60,272 nucleotides of DNA from Parcubacteria group bacterium GW2011_GWA2_36_10 (lineage in GTDB: Bacteria > Patescibacteriota > Patescibacteriia > UBA1558 > GWA2-36-10). Positions within the stretch are counted from its first letter, which is position 1; each line of letters begins with the position of its first letter. Location of the stretch: positions 1-60,272 of the forward strand of contig LBRC01000004.1 of assembly GCA_000991205.1 (NCBI GenBank), given 5' to 3'. Of the stretch, positions 28,963 through 38,436 are shown one piece after another. The notes under the pieces are model-generated. The model saw only the letters and a list, made by a program, of their open reading frames with translations. It did not search any database and was not told where the DNA came from. Both the position numbers and the translations under genes were made by a program.

Positions 28963-29204
28963 AATTCCTGGTCGCTAAACCCATGTAATGGGAACGAGAG
29001 TCTGACCCGCTCTCTTTTTTTATTCTAAAAAATAAGATAACAAAAACAACCCGACGGGTAACCCGTCGGGTTGATCAAGTTTTTTGTTTTATTTTGGCCA
29101 AAAAATCGACCTCGAAGGTCGATTTCACCTGCGAGGTGGTTATTAGTTTAAGACAAACAAAACCCCCGGCGGATGCCGGGGGTTTTAAAAAAATAATGAA
29201 TTTT

Positions 29205-29822
29205 TTATTTAGTAATTTTAAATGTTAGAATGATATTTTTCACTTCTTTTTCTAGCGCTCTTCTCATCGTATTAAATTCACTAGGAACATCAAGCATGCC
29301 AGTCGTATAAGCAAAAACATATTGATCGTTCTCACCTAGATAACTTGTGTAGCCACCCCCAGCAGCTTTTTTGTCCTCCCAAGCACTTTTGGTTAAGACT
29401 TCTATACTAAATACATCGTTTTGGTAGCTTAGTGGTAAACCAAAAAGAATAGAGGTGTAGCTTGTATTATTGTTTTTTGTAACATAGCCTCTCCACGTCT
29501 CGGGGAAAGTTAAAGTAAAGCCATATTTTGTGTTAGTATACACCAGACTATTATTTTCAGTTTCTTCATGATTATTTTCCACAGTAGTATTTAATTGTGT
29601 ATTTTGGTTGGCTTGTATTTGTTGTAGCTGAGTGATTTGATTTTGTAATACTGTGATTTGTTCTTGTAATGATTTAGTCGTATCTTTCGAGCCAGAATTT
29701 TGCCAAGTATAAACTATACTACCGATAGCTAGCACGGCGATGACAATCATTAAAACTACCATCCAGGGCGGGGTTGCATTTTTTATAGGCTCATTATTTT
29801 GAGCGTTTGAATCTTGCATCAT
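29205..29822 (-). CDS. Membrane-anchored coiled-coil protein, paralog of 56129..56800
   Basis: 205 aa with a TM anchor, Gln-rich heptads (LQEQITVLQNQITQLQQIQ), then YTNTKYGFTLTFP. The same architecture occurs at 56129..56800. Confidence 0.6.
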   Translation of the reverse strand: MMQDSNAQNNEPIKNATPPWMVVLMIVIAVLAIGSIVYTWQNSGSKDTTKSLQEQITVLQNQITQLQQIQANQNTQLNTTVENNHEETENNSLVYTNTKYGFTLTFPETWRGYVTKNNNTSYTSILFGLPLSYQNDVFSIEVLTKSAWEDKKAAGGGYTSYLGENDQYVFAYTTGMLDVPSEFNTMRRALEKEVKNIILTFKITK

Positions 29823-29900
29823 TTTTATTATTTTTTAATTTTTTTAAACTTAATAACATTATATCACAAACTTTGAAAAAATACTCTTGCGGCGATATTT

Positions 29901-31154
29901 TTATTTTCTCAACTGGTTTCTTATTTTATCTTTAGCGGCGGTAGTAATGACGATATTAAGCCAATCAGGATTTGGCTTTTTTCTATTTTTGTCTATCAAA
30001 ATTTCTACTACATCACCAGATTTTAAAGCGTGATTGAGAGAGACCATTTGTTCGTTGATTTTCGCACCGACACATTTGTTGCCGATATCAGTATGGATAT
30101 GAAAAGCAAAGTCTAGTGGAGTAGCATTTTCTGGTAATTCAATCACATCGCCCTTAGGGGTAAAGACAAAGATACGATTTAAAAATAAATCATTTTTAAC
30201 GTGTTTGATAAACTCGACATTGTCAGTGATGCTTTTTTGGATTTCTAATAAATGTTTGACCCAAGTGGGTGGATTTTTTTTACTATCAATGTTTTTTAAT
30301 TCTTTATAGCGACTATGAGCCGCGATACCAAACTCCGCTTCTTCATCCATGGCTTGGCTACGGATTTGGATCTCGGCGATTTTACCAAACTCGGTAAAGA
30401 CCGAAGTATGCAGTGAGCGATAGCCATTTGGTTTTGGTTGGGCGATATAGTCTTTGACGCGGCCTTTTAAAGGCGTCCAACGCTTGTGGATGATGCCTAA
30501 GACACTATAACAATCGATCACATCAGGGACGATGATACGCAGGGCAATCAAGTCATAGACCTTATTTAAATCTTTTCCTTTGTGTAAAAGTTTTTGGTAA
30601 ATACTAAAAAGACTTTTTACTCGTCCTTTGATTTGTAAATAATGAATATTATTTTTGACTAAATCTTTTTGGGCCAAGTGTTGGATTTTGTCGATATATT
30701 TTGTTTCGGTTTTCAAGCGATCTTTGACGAGATTTGAAACCCAAAGATATTCACTCGGATAGATATAGGGAAAAGCTAAATCTTCTAGACGAGTTTTGAT
30801 TTCAAACATGCCTAAGCGATTGGCAATCGGTGCATAAATTTCTAAAGTTTCTTGAGCTATACGCAAACGTTTTTCTTCTCTGACGCCTTCTAGAGTTTGC
30901 ATGTTATGCAAACGATCAGCTAGCTTAATGATGATGATGCGTAAGTCTTTGGACATTGCCAAAAACATTTTGCGTAAATTTTCGGCATATCTTTCTAAAC
31001 CACGATATTTTAAAGTACCAAGCTTGGTGACGCCAGCTACTAGTTCAGCGACTTCTTTGCCAAAATTATTTTTGACATCATCGAGGCTAAAGTCGGTGTC
31101 TTCTGGCACGTCATGTAATAAGCCGGCTGTGATCGAGGGGATATCCATCTTCAT
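29901..31154 (-). CDS. rel: RelA/SpoT homolog (HD hydrolase + synthetase + TGS); homology continues upstream to 31352 without any ATG, GTG or TTG
   Basis: HDVPEDT, the synthetase core (YRSLHTSV) and TGS (FVFTPKGDVIELP). In-frame upstream codons 31155-31352 read IKAFHFASEAHRGQKRRTGEDYIYH, which is the conserved start of the HD domain. Confidence 0.85.
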   Translation of the reverse strand: MKMDIPSITAGLLHDVPEDTDFSLDDVKNNFGKEVAELVAGVTKLGTLKYRGLERYAENLRKMFLAMSKDLRIIIIKLADRLHNMQTLEGVREEKRLRIAQETLEIYAPIANRLGMFEIKTRLEDLAFPYIYPSEYLWVSNLVKDRLKTETKYIDKIQHLAQKDLVKNNIHYLQIKGRVKSLFSIYQKLLHKGKDLNKVYDLIALRIIVPDVIDCYSVLGIIHKRWTPLKGRVKDYIAQPKPNGYRSLHTSVFTEFGKIAEIQIRSQAMDEEAEFGIAAHSRYKELKNIDSKKNPPTWVKHLLEIQKSITDNVEFIKHVKNDLFLNRIFVFTPKGDVIELPENATPLDFAFHIHTDIGNKCVGAKINEQMVSLNHALKSGDVVEILIDKNRKKPNPDWLNIVITTAAKDKIRNQLRK

Positions 31155-31370
31155 CTGGGCTAGATTGTAAGCCGTAGCTAGACAGTGATAAATATAGTCT
31201 TCGCCGGTGCGTCTTTTTTGGCCACGATGCGCTTCAGAGGCAAAATGAAAAGCTTTGATGACAGTATTAATGTCTTCATCTTGATAGTCGGTGATTAATA
31301 TTTTCTTTAATTTTGTGTTAATATCATGCCTTAACGGTTCTTTGTCAACATTTCAACGAGGAGACACAAG

Positions 31371-31712
31371 TTGGTAATCGCAACAGAGTTGGACACGATT
31401 TGGGACTTGATTGGGGAATTGGATGCCAAACTTCGTGCGTTCTGTGACGTACATGGCTGGCATTTCCCCGAGCATCAAAAGGAGACTCACATGACCGCAG
31501 CAGCAGCCGTACAACATCGGACACAGGGATGGCTTGTTGGCTACAAGGGTCGGGGGGTTCGTCTGATGACTGGACCCAACGCACATAACTTGTGCCATGT
31601 TTTTTCTCCTGGCTCTGGTGCTGAGCCGACTTTTGCCGGCTATGCCATGCTTCACGAATTGCATTCCGTGTATGATGAGCTGGATATGCCCATCGAGGCC
31701 ATCAGCGTCTAG
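31371..31712 (+). CDS. Orphan 113-aa protein in a GC3-rich cassette (C)
   Basis: TTG start lies 7 nt after GAGGAG. A terminator follows at 31735-31770. Perfect 10-bp inverted repeats at 31350-31359 and 31722-31731 flank the ORF. No family was recognised. Confidence 0.55.
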   Translation: MVIATELDTIWDLIGELDAKLRAFCDVHGWHFPEHQKETHMTAAAAVQHRTQGWLVGYKGRGVRLMTGPNAHNLCHVFSPGSGAEPTFAGYAMLHELHSVYDELDMPIEAISV

Positions 31713-31734
31713 CGTTCAACTTCGTTGAAATACA

Positions 31735-31770
31735 AAAGCCGCCCCGAGAAATTGGAGAGCGGCTTTTAAT
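31735..31770 (+). terminator. Rho-independent terminator after cassette C
   Basis: AAAGCCGC...GCGGCTTT stem followed by a T-rich run. Confidence 0.7.
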
Positions 31771-31829
31771 TTTATCTTTTAATTTTATATTGTCACCCCA
31801 AGCCCTGAGCTTGTCGAAGGGTCTCGGGG

Positions 31830-34034
31830 TTATTCTTCGGCGTCTTTAGTGAATTCACAAGATTCACATTTTATTTTGTCTTTAGCGGCAAATAATAATA
31901 GTTGTTGGCATTGCGGACAAAGCTCACCAGTTGGCTTAGTCCAGACAGCGTGTTCGCACTTTGGATATTGATCACAGCTATAAAAAGCTTTGCCACGTTT
32001 ACTTTTTTTCTCTACCATTTGTCCTTTTTTACACTTAGGACAGTTGACGCCAAGTTCTTTTTGGATCGCTTTAGTACTTTTACACTCTGGGTAGTTTGAG
32101 CACGCTAAAAATTTTCCAAAGCGTCCGTGTTTTAAAATCATGGCACTGCCACACTTTTCACATTTTTCTTCTATTACTTCTGGCTCTTCTGGTTTGCCAT
32201 CATCGCCAAGTGGTTTAGTATTTTTACATTCTGGATAATTAGTACAAGCTAAAAATTTGCCAAAGCGTCCCAGCTTGATCACCATCGGGCTATTACATTT
32301 ATCACAAACTTCATCGGTGGCTGTTTCGGTTAATTCTTTTTTGTCTAAATCTTGATCTTTTTCTTTTAGGTTTTTCATAAAAGGTTCATAAAAAGCTTTA
32401 ATAATAGGTTGCCAGGCTTTTTTGCCATCAGCAATTTTATCTAAATCATTTTCCATTTCCGCGGTAAAATTGTAGTCAACGATATCAGCAAAATTTTCTA
32501 CTAACAATTTATTTACTACTTTAGCGATTTCCGTTGGTGCTAAACGTTTTTCTATTTTCTCCACATATTTGCGCAAGACTAAGGTAGCTATAGTTGGTGC
32601 ATAAGTAGATGGTCGGCCAATGCCGAGTTTTTCCATATCTTTGACCAGGCCAGCTTCAGAATATCTAGCTGGTGGTGTAGTAAAGTGTTGGACAGAGTCG
32701 AGGTTTTTTAGCTTGATGATATCATTGACCTCTAGAGCTGGTAGCTCTTCATCATCAGAATTATTTTGATAAATGATTTGCCAGCCAGCAAAAATAGTTA
32801 TGGAGCCAGTGGCACGTAAAGTCCACTTAGTTTTTTCGGCTTTTATTTCCACGCAAGTTACTTCGGTTTTAGCATCAGTCATTTGCGAGGCCAAGGCTCT
32901 TTGCCAGATCAGTTGATAAAGCTTGAATTGTTTGCTATCTAAAAAGTCTTTGATTTTTTCTGGAGCATTATTGGCTTCAGTTGGACGGATAGCCTCATGA
33001 GCTTCTTGAGCAAGTTTGGCTTTTTTCTTAAAGACACGACCGCCGTTTTCTGCATACTTTTCACCTAAGTTTTGTTTGATGTAGTCGATGGCTTCAGCGA
33101 CAAAATCTTCTGACAAATTTTTAGAGTCAGTACGCATGTAAGTGATCAAACCAGTGCTACCATGCTCTCCTATATCTATACCTTCATAGAGCTGTTGAGC
33201 GAGCATCATAGTTTGTTTGGCAGAGTAGCCAAAGCGACGATTAGCTTCTTGTTGTAAAGTTGAGGTAGTAAAAGGAGCTGGTGGAGTTTTTAGATTTTCT
33301 TTGGCTTCGATGTTCACTACTTTTAAAGTACTTGGTGTGATTTCTTCGACGGCAATTTTAGCCGCTGCTTCATCGAGGTCAAACTTTTGTAAAGTCTGAT
33401 CATCTTTTTTCCACAAACTTATTTTAAAATCATTATTGTCTTTATGGGCTTCACCCTCGACGCTCCAGTATTCTTGACTGACAAAATTATCGCGTTCTTG
33501 TTCACGCTCAACTATCAGACGCAAGGCGACTGATTGTACGCGACCAGCAGACAAACCTTTAGCCACTTTTTTCCATAAAAGCGGAGAAAGCTTGTAGCCC
33601 ACTAAACGATCTAAAACACGACGCGCTTGTTGAGCATCGACTAAATTTAAATCTAATTCTCGAGGATGCTCAATGGCTTTTAAAATCGCTTTTTTAGTAA
33701 TTTCATGAAAAGCAATTCTTTTAGCCTTGTCTTTGGGAGTTTTTAACAGATGTAATAAATGCCAGCTGATCGCTTCACCTTCACGGTCCTCATCAGTCGC
33801 AAAATATACTAGGTTAGATTTTTTGGCTAAATCTTGTAGCTCTTTGACGCGTTTTTTAGCTTTAGCCGGTACGACATAACTTGGCTCAAAATTATGCTCG
33901 ACATCAACGCCAAGTTTGCTGCTAGGTAAGTCACGGACATGACCAAAACTAGACTCGACTTTATAGTCTTTGCCTAAAAAGCCCTTGATAGTCTTGGCTT
34001 TGGTTGGTGACTCGACGATGATTAAATCTTGCAT
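31830..34034 (-). CDS. topA: DNA topoisomerase I
   Basis: TOPRIM N-terminus (IVESPTKAKTI), active-site Tyr region ITYMRTDS, and four C-terminal C4 zinc ribbons. 734 aa. Confidence 0.95.
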   Translation of the reverse strand: MQDLIIVESPTKAKTIKGFLGKDYKVESSFGHVRDLPSSKLGVDVEHNFEPSYVVPAKAKKRVKELQDLAKKSNLVYFATDEDREGEAISWHLLHLLKTPKDKAKRIAFHEITKKAILKAIEHPRELDLNLVDAQQARRVLDRLVGYKLSPLLWKKVAKGLSAGRVQSVALRLIVEREQERDNFVSQEYWSVEGEAHKDNNDFKISLWKKDDQTLQKFDLDEAAAKIAVEEITPSTLKVVNIEAKENLKTPPAPFTTSTLQQEANRRFGYSAKQTMMLAQQLYEGIDIGEHGSTGLITYMRTDSKNLSEDFVAEAIDYIKQNLGEKYAENGGRVFKKKAKLAQEAHEAIRPTEANNAPEKIKDFLDSKQFKLYQLIWQRALASQMTDAKTEVTCVEIKAEKTKWTLRATGSITIFAGWQIIYQNNSDDEELPALEVNDIIKLKNLDSVQHFTTPPARYSEAGLVKDMEKLGIGRPSTYAPTIATLVLRKYVEKIEKRLAPTEIAKVVNKLLVENFADIVDYNFTAEMENDLDKIADGKKAWQPIIKAFYEPFMKNLKEKDQDLDKKELTETATDEVCDKCNSPMVIKLGRFGKFLACTNYPECKNTKPLGDDGKPEEPEVIEEKCEKCGSAMILKHGRFGKFLACSNYPECKSTKAIQKELGVNCPKCKKGQMVEKKSKRGKAFYSCDQYPKCEHAVWTKPTGELCPQCQQLLLFAAKDKIKCESCEFTKDAEE

Positions 34035-34097
34035 ATTTTTAGTTTATAGCTTATTCAGTGTCGAACTATACAATAAAAAGCCTGAGTTGACAAGAGT

Positions 34098-36137
34098 CTA
34101 GGGTTTTAGCTTGTTTTCTTTTAAAGCTTGATCACTGCTAGTTACTAATTTTTTGACCCAATCTAACATACTTTTTTTCTTGCTTGGGCTAATATTAGTG
34201 AAATTTTCTGAAACATTATATAGCTCAGACTTGTTGCTGCCTTCTATTAAGACATCTTCATTGAGATAATAAACGTTATCTAAACATTTATTTAAAACTT
34301 GATTACTATAATTTGGAGAAAATAAACTTGTGCCCATAAAATTAGCCGGCATATTAGCTTCACTTTGATTTAGTAAATGCCAAATAGTCGGGGCAATGTC
34401 TATTTGCGAAGCAAGATTTTGAAGGACCGCTTTATCTTTTTTTGGAGTGACGATGACAAAAGGCATGAGATTATAATTTTCAAAGCCTTTGAAGTCTTCA
34501 GTGAAGAAATTATAAAAACGGTGATCATTGTAAATCACTATCAAAGTATTATCTAACATGTTTAAGTCAGACATTTTTTTGAAAGTAGTTCTCAAGGCAT
34601 CGTCAGTGGTTTTTAAAAAGCCTAAATAATTCTCAATTGTTTCTTGATCCTCGTAAAGAAATTTTTTGCTATTTAATAAATCTACGTATTCAGTATTGAG
34701 TTGATTATGCCAAGGTGTAATTTTCAAATTATTTTTGGCTAGATTATAGTCTATTAATTCCTGATTGTGTGGACTATGAGTAGTAAAGCTTAAGACATAG
34801 GCAAAAAATGGTTTGGTACTTTTAGCTAAGACGTCTAAAGAGTGAGTGAAGACATATTCATCATCTTCTTTCTGACGAAAATAAGGCGTCAGGTAAATAT
34901 TATCAAAAGACCATTTAGGCAATAAGATATCACGGCTATAAAAGTTTGGTAAATCAGAATGAAAATAATAAGTTTCGTAGCCAATATTTTTTACTAAGCT
35001 TGACAGGCAGTTATAATCATTTTTTAGACCCGTATTATTAATGGTGTTTTCTGAAGCTGGCCAAAAGCTACACAAAGACAAAAATTCGGCATTGATAGTC
35101 TGACAGCTATCAGAGTGAAAATTAGTCACCGAGATATTATCTTTGATCAAGGATTTTAAAAAGGGCATTGGTGAGGGATCGTTGTTTATCGCCCAATCAC
35201 TAACTGATTCGAGCTGGATCACTAGCACATTAGTTTTGGCTGAAATACTTGGTAGAGTATTTATTTTTTTAGTGGAGTTGGCAATATCCGGTAAAATCGT
35301 CTGATAAATATATTTTGTTTTAGCTAGGCTATCGTCTGGTACAGCGTATTGTTTTTCATAAATAGTATTGTTAGTTGCTAGCTCAACAGGTGCGGGGCTA
35401 ATTTGGTCGACGCGACTTTTTAAAAATGGCCTAAAGATTTGTTCATAAAAGTCTCCCAAAAAACCAATGTCACTGATTTTCTGGCTAGTTTTCCACCAGT
35501 TGTCTTTAGGGTTTTGTTGTAAATAGGTGACAAAATTAAAAACACTAAAGTTAATAAAAATGAAAAATAAGATAGCGATTCCAGCTTTTTTTAGCGGGTG
35601 TAAATTTTTATTGATAAAAATATTTAGTTTAGTATCTTGAAAAAATAAACTCGCAATTTTTTCTTTTTTAATGATGCGTAAATAGATAGCAGAGGTCAAG
35701 ATTAAGCTAAGCAAAAATAATAAACTAGCCAGATAAAGATAGACAGGCACCAGATGATAAAAATCTTTAAAGATATAGACCATTCCGGAGTTGACGGACC
35801 CGAGCTGGTTGAGGCTGATATTGATAAAATTACCAAAAACTTGAAAGTAAGCAAAATTAATCAAGCCAAAAAATAGCATGACAGCGACGCCAAGATGACA
35901 AAGTAAATACCACCATTTTTGATTGATGAAGTTTAATAAAGCTAGATAAGACAAATTAAACAGCGCGATAAAAGCTAGATTTAGCAGCGTAATGTTTAAG
36001 CGTAAAAAATATGAGTAGACAGCAAAGTAAATAAAAAACAAAGCAAAAAAGATCAGACTAAAAAGAAGATTGTATTTACTATTTTTGGGCACTATTTTGT
36101 TTTTAATTTTTGTGTTATTTGTTCTTCGTCTATCCAA
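34098..36137 (-). CDS. LTA synthase / sulfatase-family membrane protein
   Basis: 679 aa. Five or more N-terminal TM segments are followed by an alkaline-phosphatase-superfamily domain (VLVIQLESVSDW, TTHSPH). Confidence 0.65.
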   Translation of the reverse strand: MDRRRTNNTKIKNKIVPKNSKYNLLFSLIFFALFFIYFAVYSYFLRLNITLLNLAFIALFNLSYLALLNFINQKWWYLLCHLGVAVMLFFGLINFAYFQVFGNFINISLNQLGSVNSGMVYIFKDFYHLVPVYLYLASLLFLLSLILTSAIYLRIIKKEKIASLFFQDTKLNIFINKNLHPLKKAGIAILFFIFINFSVFNFVTYLQQNPKDNWWKTSQKISDIGFLGDFYEQIFRPFLKSRVDQISPAPVELATNNTIYEKQYAVPDDSLAKTKYIYQTILPDIANSTKKINTLPSISAKTNVLVIQLESVSDWAINNDPSPMPFLKSLIKDNISVTNFHSDSCQTINAEFLSLCSFWPASENTINNTGLKNDYNCLSSLVKNIGYETYYFHSDLPNFYSRDILLPKWSFDNIYLTPYFRQKEDDEYVFTHSLDVLAKSTKPFFAYVLSFTTHSPHNQELIDYNLAKNNLKITPWHNQLNTEYVDLLNSKKFLYEDQETIENYLGFLKTTDDALRTTFKKMSDLNMLDNTLIVIYNDHRFYNFFTEDFKGFENYNLMPFVIVTPKKDKAVLQNLASQIDIAPTIWHLLNQSEANMPANFMGTSLFSPNYSNQVLNKCLDNVYYLNEDVLIEGSNKSELYNVSENFTNISPSKKKSMLDWVKKLVTSSDQALKENKLKP

Positions 36138-37396
36138 TGCTCACGTAAGCTACCAGCCAAAAAGAATGAACCAGTAACGACTACTAAATCTTTTGGCTTG
36201 GCGTTTTTCAAGGCTGACTCCAGTGCAAGTTGCGAGTCATGCCAGACACTGATCTTAATTGTAGTCAATATTTCACATTGCGTAAACAGGGTTTTCAAAG
36301 AAGCGCTTTTTCTAAAGGGATTATCAAAGCGTGTTAAGTATAAAAAATCTACTTGGGGTAAAAGTTTTTTTAAAGCTGGTAAATAATGTTTGTCTTCAGC
36401 GGCGCCAAAAATCAAATGTAGTTTTTGATACTTTTGGGTTTTGATAAATTCAATCAAGTTATTTAATTTGTCTACATTGTGGGCGCCGTCCAAAATAACT
36501 CGTGGATTAGTCTGGATGATTTCTTGGCGGCAGATTAAGTGAAAATTATTAATGACTTCTTGAGGATTTTTCGGCTGGATGTTTAAAACTTCCAAAATAT
36601 TTAAAACTAAGTTGAGATTAGTTTTTTGTTTAGGCGTGCTAAAATATTGTCCGCCCTTAATATTTTGGGCTAAATTTTTTAAGGCTATAAATTTAGCTCT
36701 TTTTTTAGCACAAGTTTTTTTGAAAATATTTACTAATTTTTGGTCAGTTTCGCTCGTTAAAAAATAAGAGCTTTTTTTTATGACGCCAGCCTTATCAGTG
36801 GCAATATCTTTTTTGGTTGGTCCTAATATTTCGGTGTGATCTAGACCGATATTAGTGATCGCTGACACCACTGGTGCCGGGATGACATTGGTTGCATCGT
36901 GCCTGCCACCAAGACCAGCTTCTAAAATCATCCAGTCACATTTTTCTCGCACAGCATATAAGAGTGCAATGGTAGTGCAAAGCTCAAAATAAGACGGTAC
37001 GTCAGTTTTATGTAAAGTGACATATTTGTCTAGTGCTGGTTTTATTTGTTGATTTAAAATGTCATGCAGTATTTTTGGGTCGATTAAGTGATGATTGACG
37101 CGAAACTTTTCTATCGTCGTGGTGGCAAAAGGTGAAGTATAAGATCCGACTTTGAAACCAGCATCAATAAGCATGTTCTGCAACAGATTGACCGTCGAGC
37201 CTTTACCGGCCGTGCCAGTGACATGGATAAATTTTAATTTTTTTTCTGGATTAGCGACTAAGTCTAAGAATTTTTGTAAACGAATAATAAAAATCTTACG
37301 GCTTTTTGGGCCCAGTAAATAATTTTTTCTTTTGATGTTAGCTAGGCCTTCTAGCCAGGCGACATCTTGGTGGTAAATATTTATTTTGCTTGCCAT
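36092..37396 (-). CDS. folC: Folylpolyglutamate synthase / dihydrofolate synthase (Mur ligase family)
   Basis: P-loop HVTGTAGKGST, Mur ligase middle domain and C-terminal domain. 434 aa. Confidence 0.8.
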   Translation of the reverse strand: MASKINIYHQDVAWLEGLANIKRKNYLLGPKSRKIFIIRLQKFLDLVANPEKKLKFIHVTGTAGKGSTVNLLQNMLIDAGFKVGSYTSPFATTTIEKFRVNHHLIDPKILHDILNQQIKPALDKYVTLHKTDVPSYFELCTTIALLYAVREKCDWMILEAGLGGRHDATNVIPAPVVSAITNIGLDHTEILGPTKKDIATDKAGVIKKSSYFLTSETDQKLVNIFKKTCAKKRAKFIALKNLAQNIKGGQYFSTPKQKTNLNLVLNILEVLNIQPKNPQEVINNFHLICRQEIIQTNPRVILDGAHNVDKLNNLIEFIKTQKYQKLHLIFGAAEDKHYLPALKKLLPQVDFLYLTRFDNPFRKSASLKTLFTQCEILTTIKISVWHDSQLALESALKNAKPKDLVVVTGSFFLAGSLREHWIDEEQITQKLKTK

Positions 37397-38436
37397 TGAT
37401 TAAAATAGTTTAGTTGGATTAGATTTTTTAGTTCTAGCTGACTTAAGACACTGGTCAAGATAGCGAGTTTAAAATTTAATTTGGTTTGTAAATCTTCGGT
37501 GCTCAAAGCTTCGATTTGTAAAGCTTGATAAACTAAGCTTTGATTTTGGTCTAGATTGAGATTTATTTCTTGTTTTAAAGTGATCAAATCATAAGTTTTT
37601 AAAAGACTGTCAGCGTTTAATAAAATTTGGGCGCCTTGATTGATTAAATCATTTGGCCCTTCACTTAAAGTTTGATTGATATTACCCGGTAAGGCAAAAA
37701 CTTCACGGCCAGCCTCTAGCGCACATTGCGCGGTGATCAGGGTGCCAGATTTTAGTGTACCGGAGATAACTAGAGTAGCTTTACTTAAGCCAGCTAAGAT
37801 ACGATTGCGTTGCGGAAACTGATAAATATTTGCTTTAGTCTCTGGTGGATATTCAGATAAGATCAAGCCATCGTGCTTTAAGATTTGTTGGCCAAGTTTG
37901 AAATTATTTTTTGGGTAAAAAACTGTTTTAGCAAAACCAGAGCCCAACACCGCAATTGTCTGGAGATTATTAGCCAAAGCTTGCTCGTGAGCCAGCGTGT
38001 CGATGCCGATAGCTAGGCCACTGGTGATGACTAGTGGTGTTTGGCGGCAATCAGCGATGAGTTTTTCTAGAGCATGCTGATGATAAAAGCTCAAAGTCCG
38101 TGAACCAACCACGGTCACTAAATATTCACTTTGTAATAAAGCTAGATTTCCTTGGTAAAATAAAAAGAGCGGGGGATCAAAAATCGTTTTTAATAATTTT
38201 GGATACTCTTCGTCTAAAATACACAAAGCCTTTTGGTACAGCGGAAACTCTGTCCGGATTTTTGCTTTAAAGTTTGGATCAAGTTTAGCTTTGGTTATCA
38301 AGTGGCAGATAGTCTGCGGAGGAGAGCTATAAAGCTCGCTGGGCAAAAATCCGTTTTTTAAATATTCCCAAGTCAATGCTTCTTTTAAACCAGGAACTGA
38401 TTTTAAACAAAACAAATAAAATTTTTCTTTTTTCAT
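37381..38436 (-). CDS. dprA: DNA processing protein DprA/Smf
   Basis: VVGSRT, GLAIGIDTLAH and GTLITAQCALEAGREVFALPG. The start is placed at ATG 38436 because the longer ORF to 38511 reads through an intergenic GC hairpin (38454-38475). Confidence 0.85.
   Translation of the reverse strand: MKKEKFYLFCLKSVPGLKEALTWEYLKNGFLPSELYSSPPQTICHLITKAKLDPNFKAKIRTEFPLYQKALCILDEEYPKLLKTIFDPPLFLFYQGNLALLQSEYLVTVVGSRTLSFYHQHALEKLIADCRQTPLVITSGLAIGIDTLAHEQALANNLQTIAVLGSGFAKTVFYPKNNFKLGQQILKHDGLILSEYPPETKANIYQFPQRNRILAGLSKATLVISGTLKSGTLITAQCALEAGREVFALPGNINQTLSEGPNDLINQGAQILLNADSLLKTYDLITLKQEINLNLDQNQSLVYQALQIEALSTEDLQTKLNFKLAILTSVLSQLELKNLIQLNYFNQWQAK

Noticed and set aside
31345-31664. Minus-strand ORFs 31353..31664 and 31345..31584, opposite cassette C.
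   Set aside because: The plus-strand ORF has a strong RBS and terminator. The minus-strand frames have neither, and they are not in frame with rel.
31711-31731. Integron attC-like site: GTTCAAC matches the inverse core RYYYAAC, next to GTTGAAA.
   Set aside because: The structure is only about 17 nt, whereas attC sites are much longer. GTTGAAA fails the GTTRRRY core at its last position. No intI or attI is nearby.
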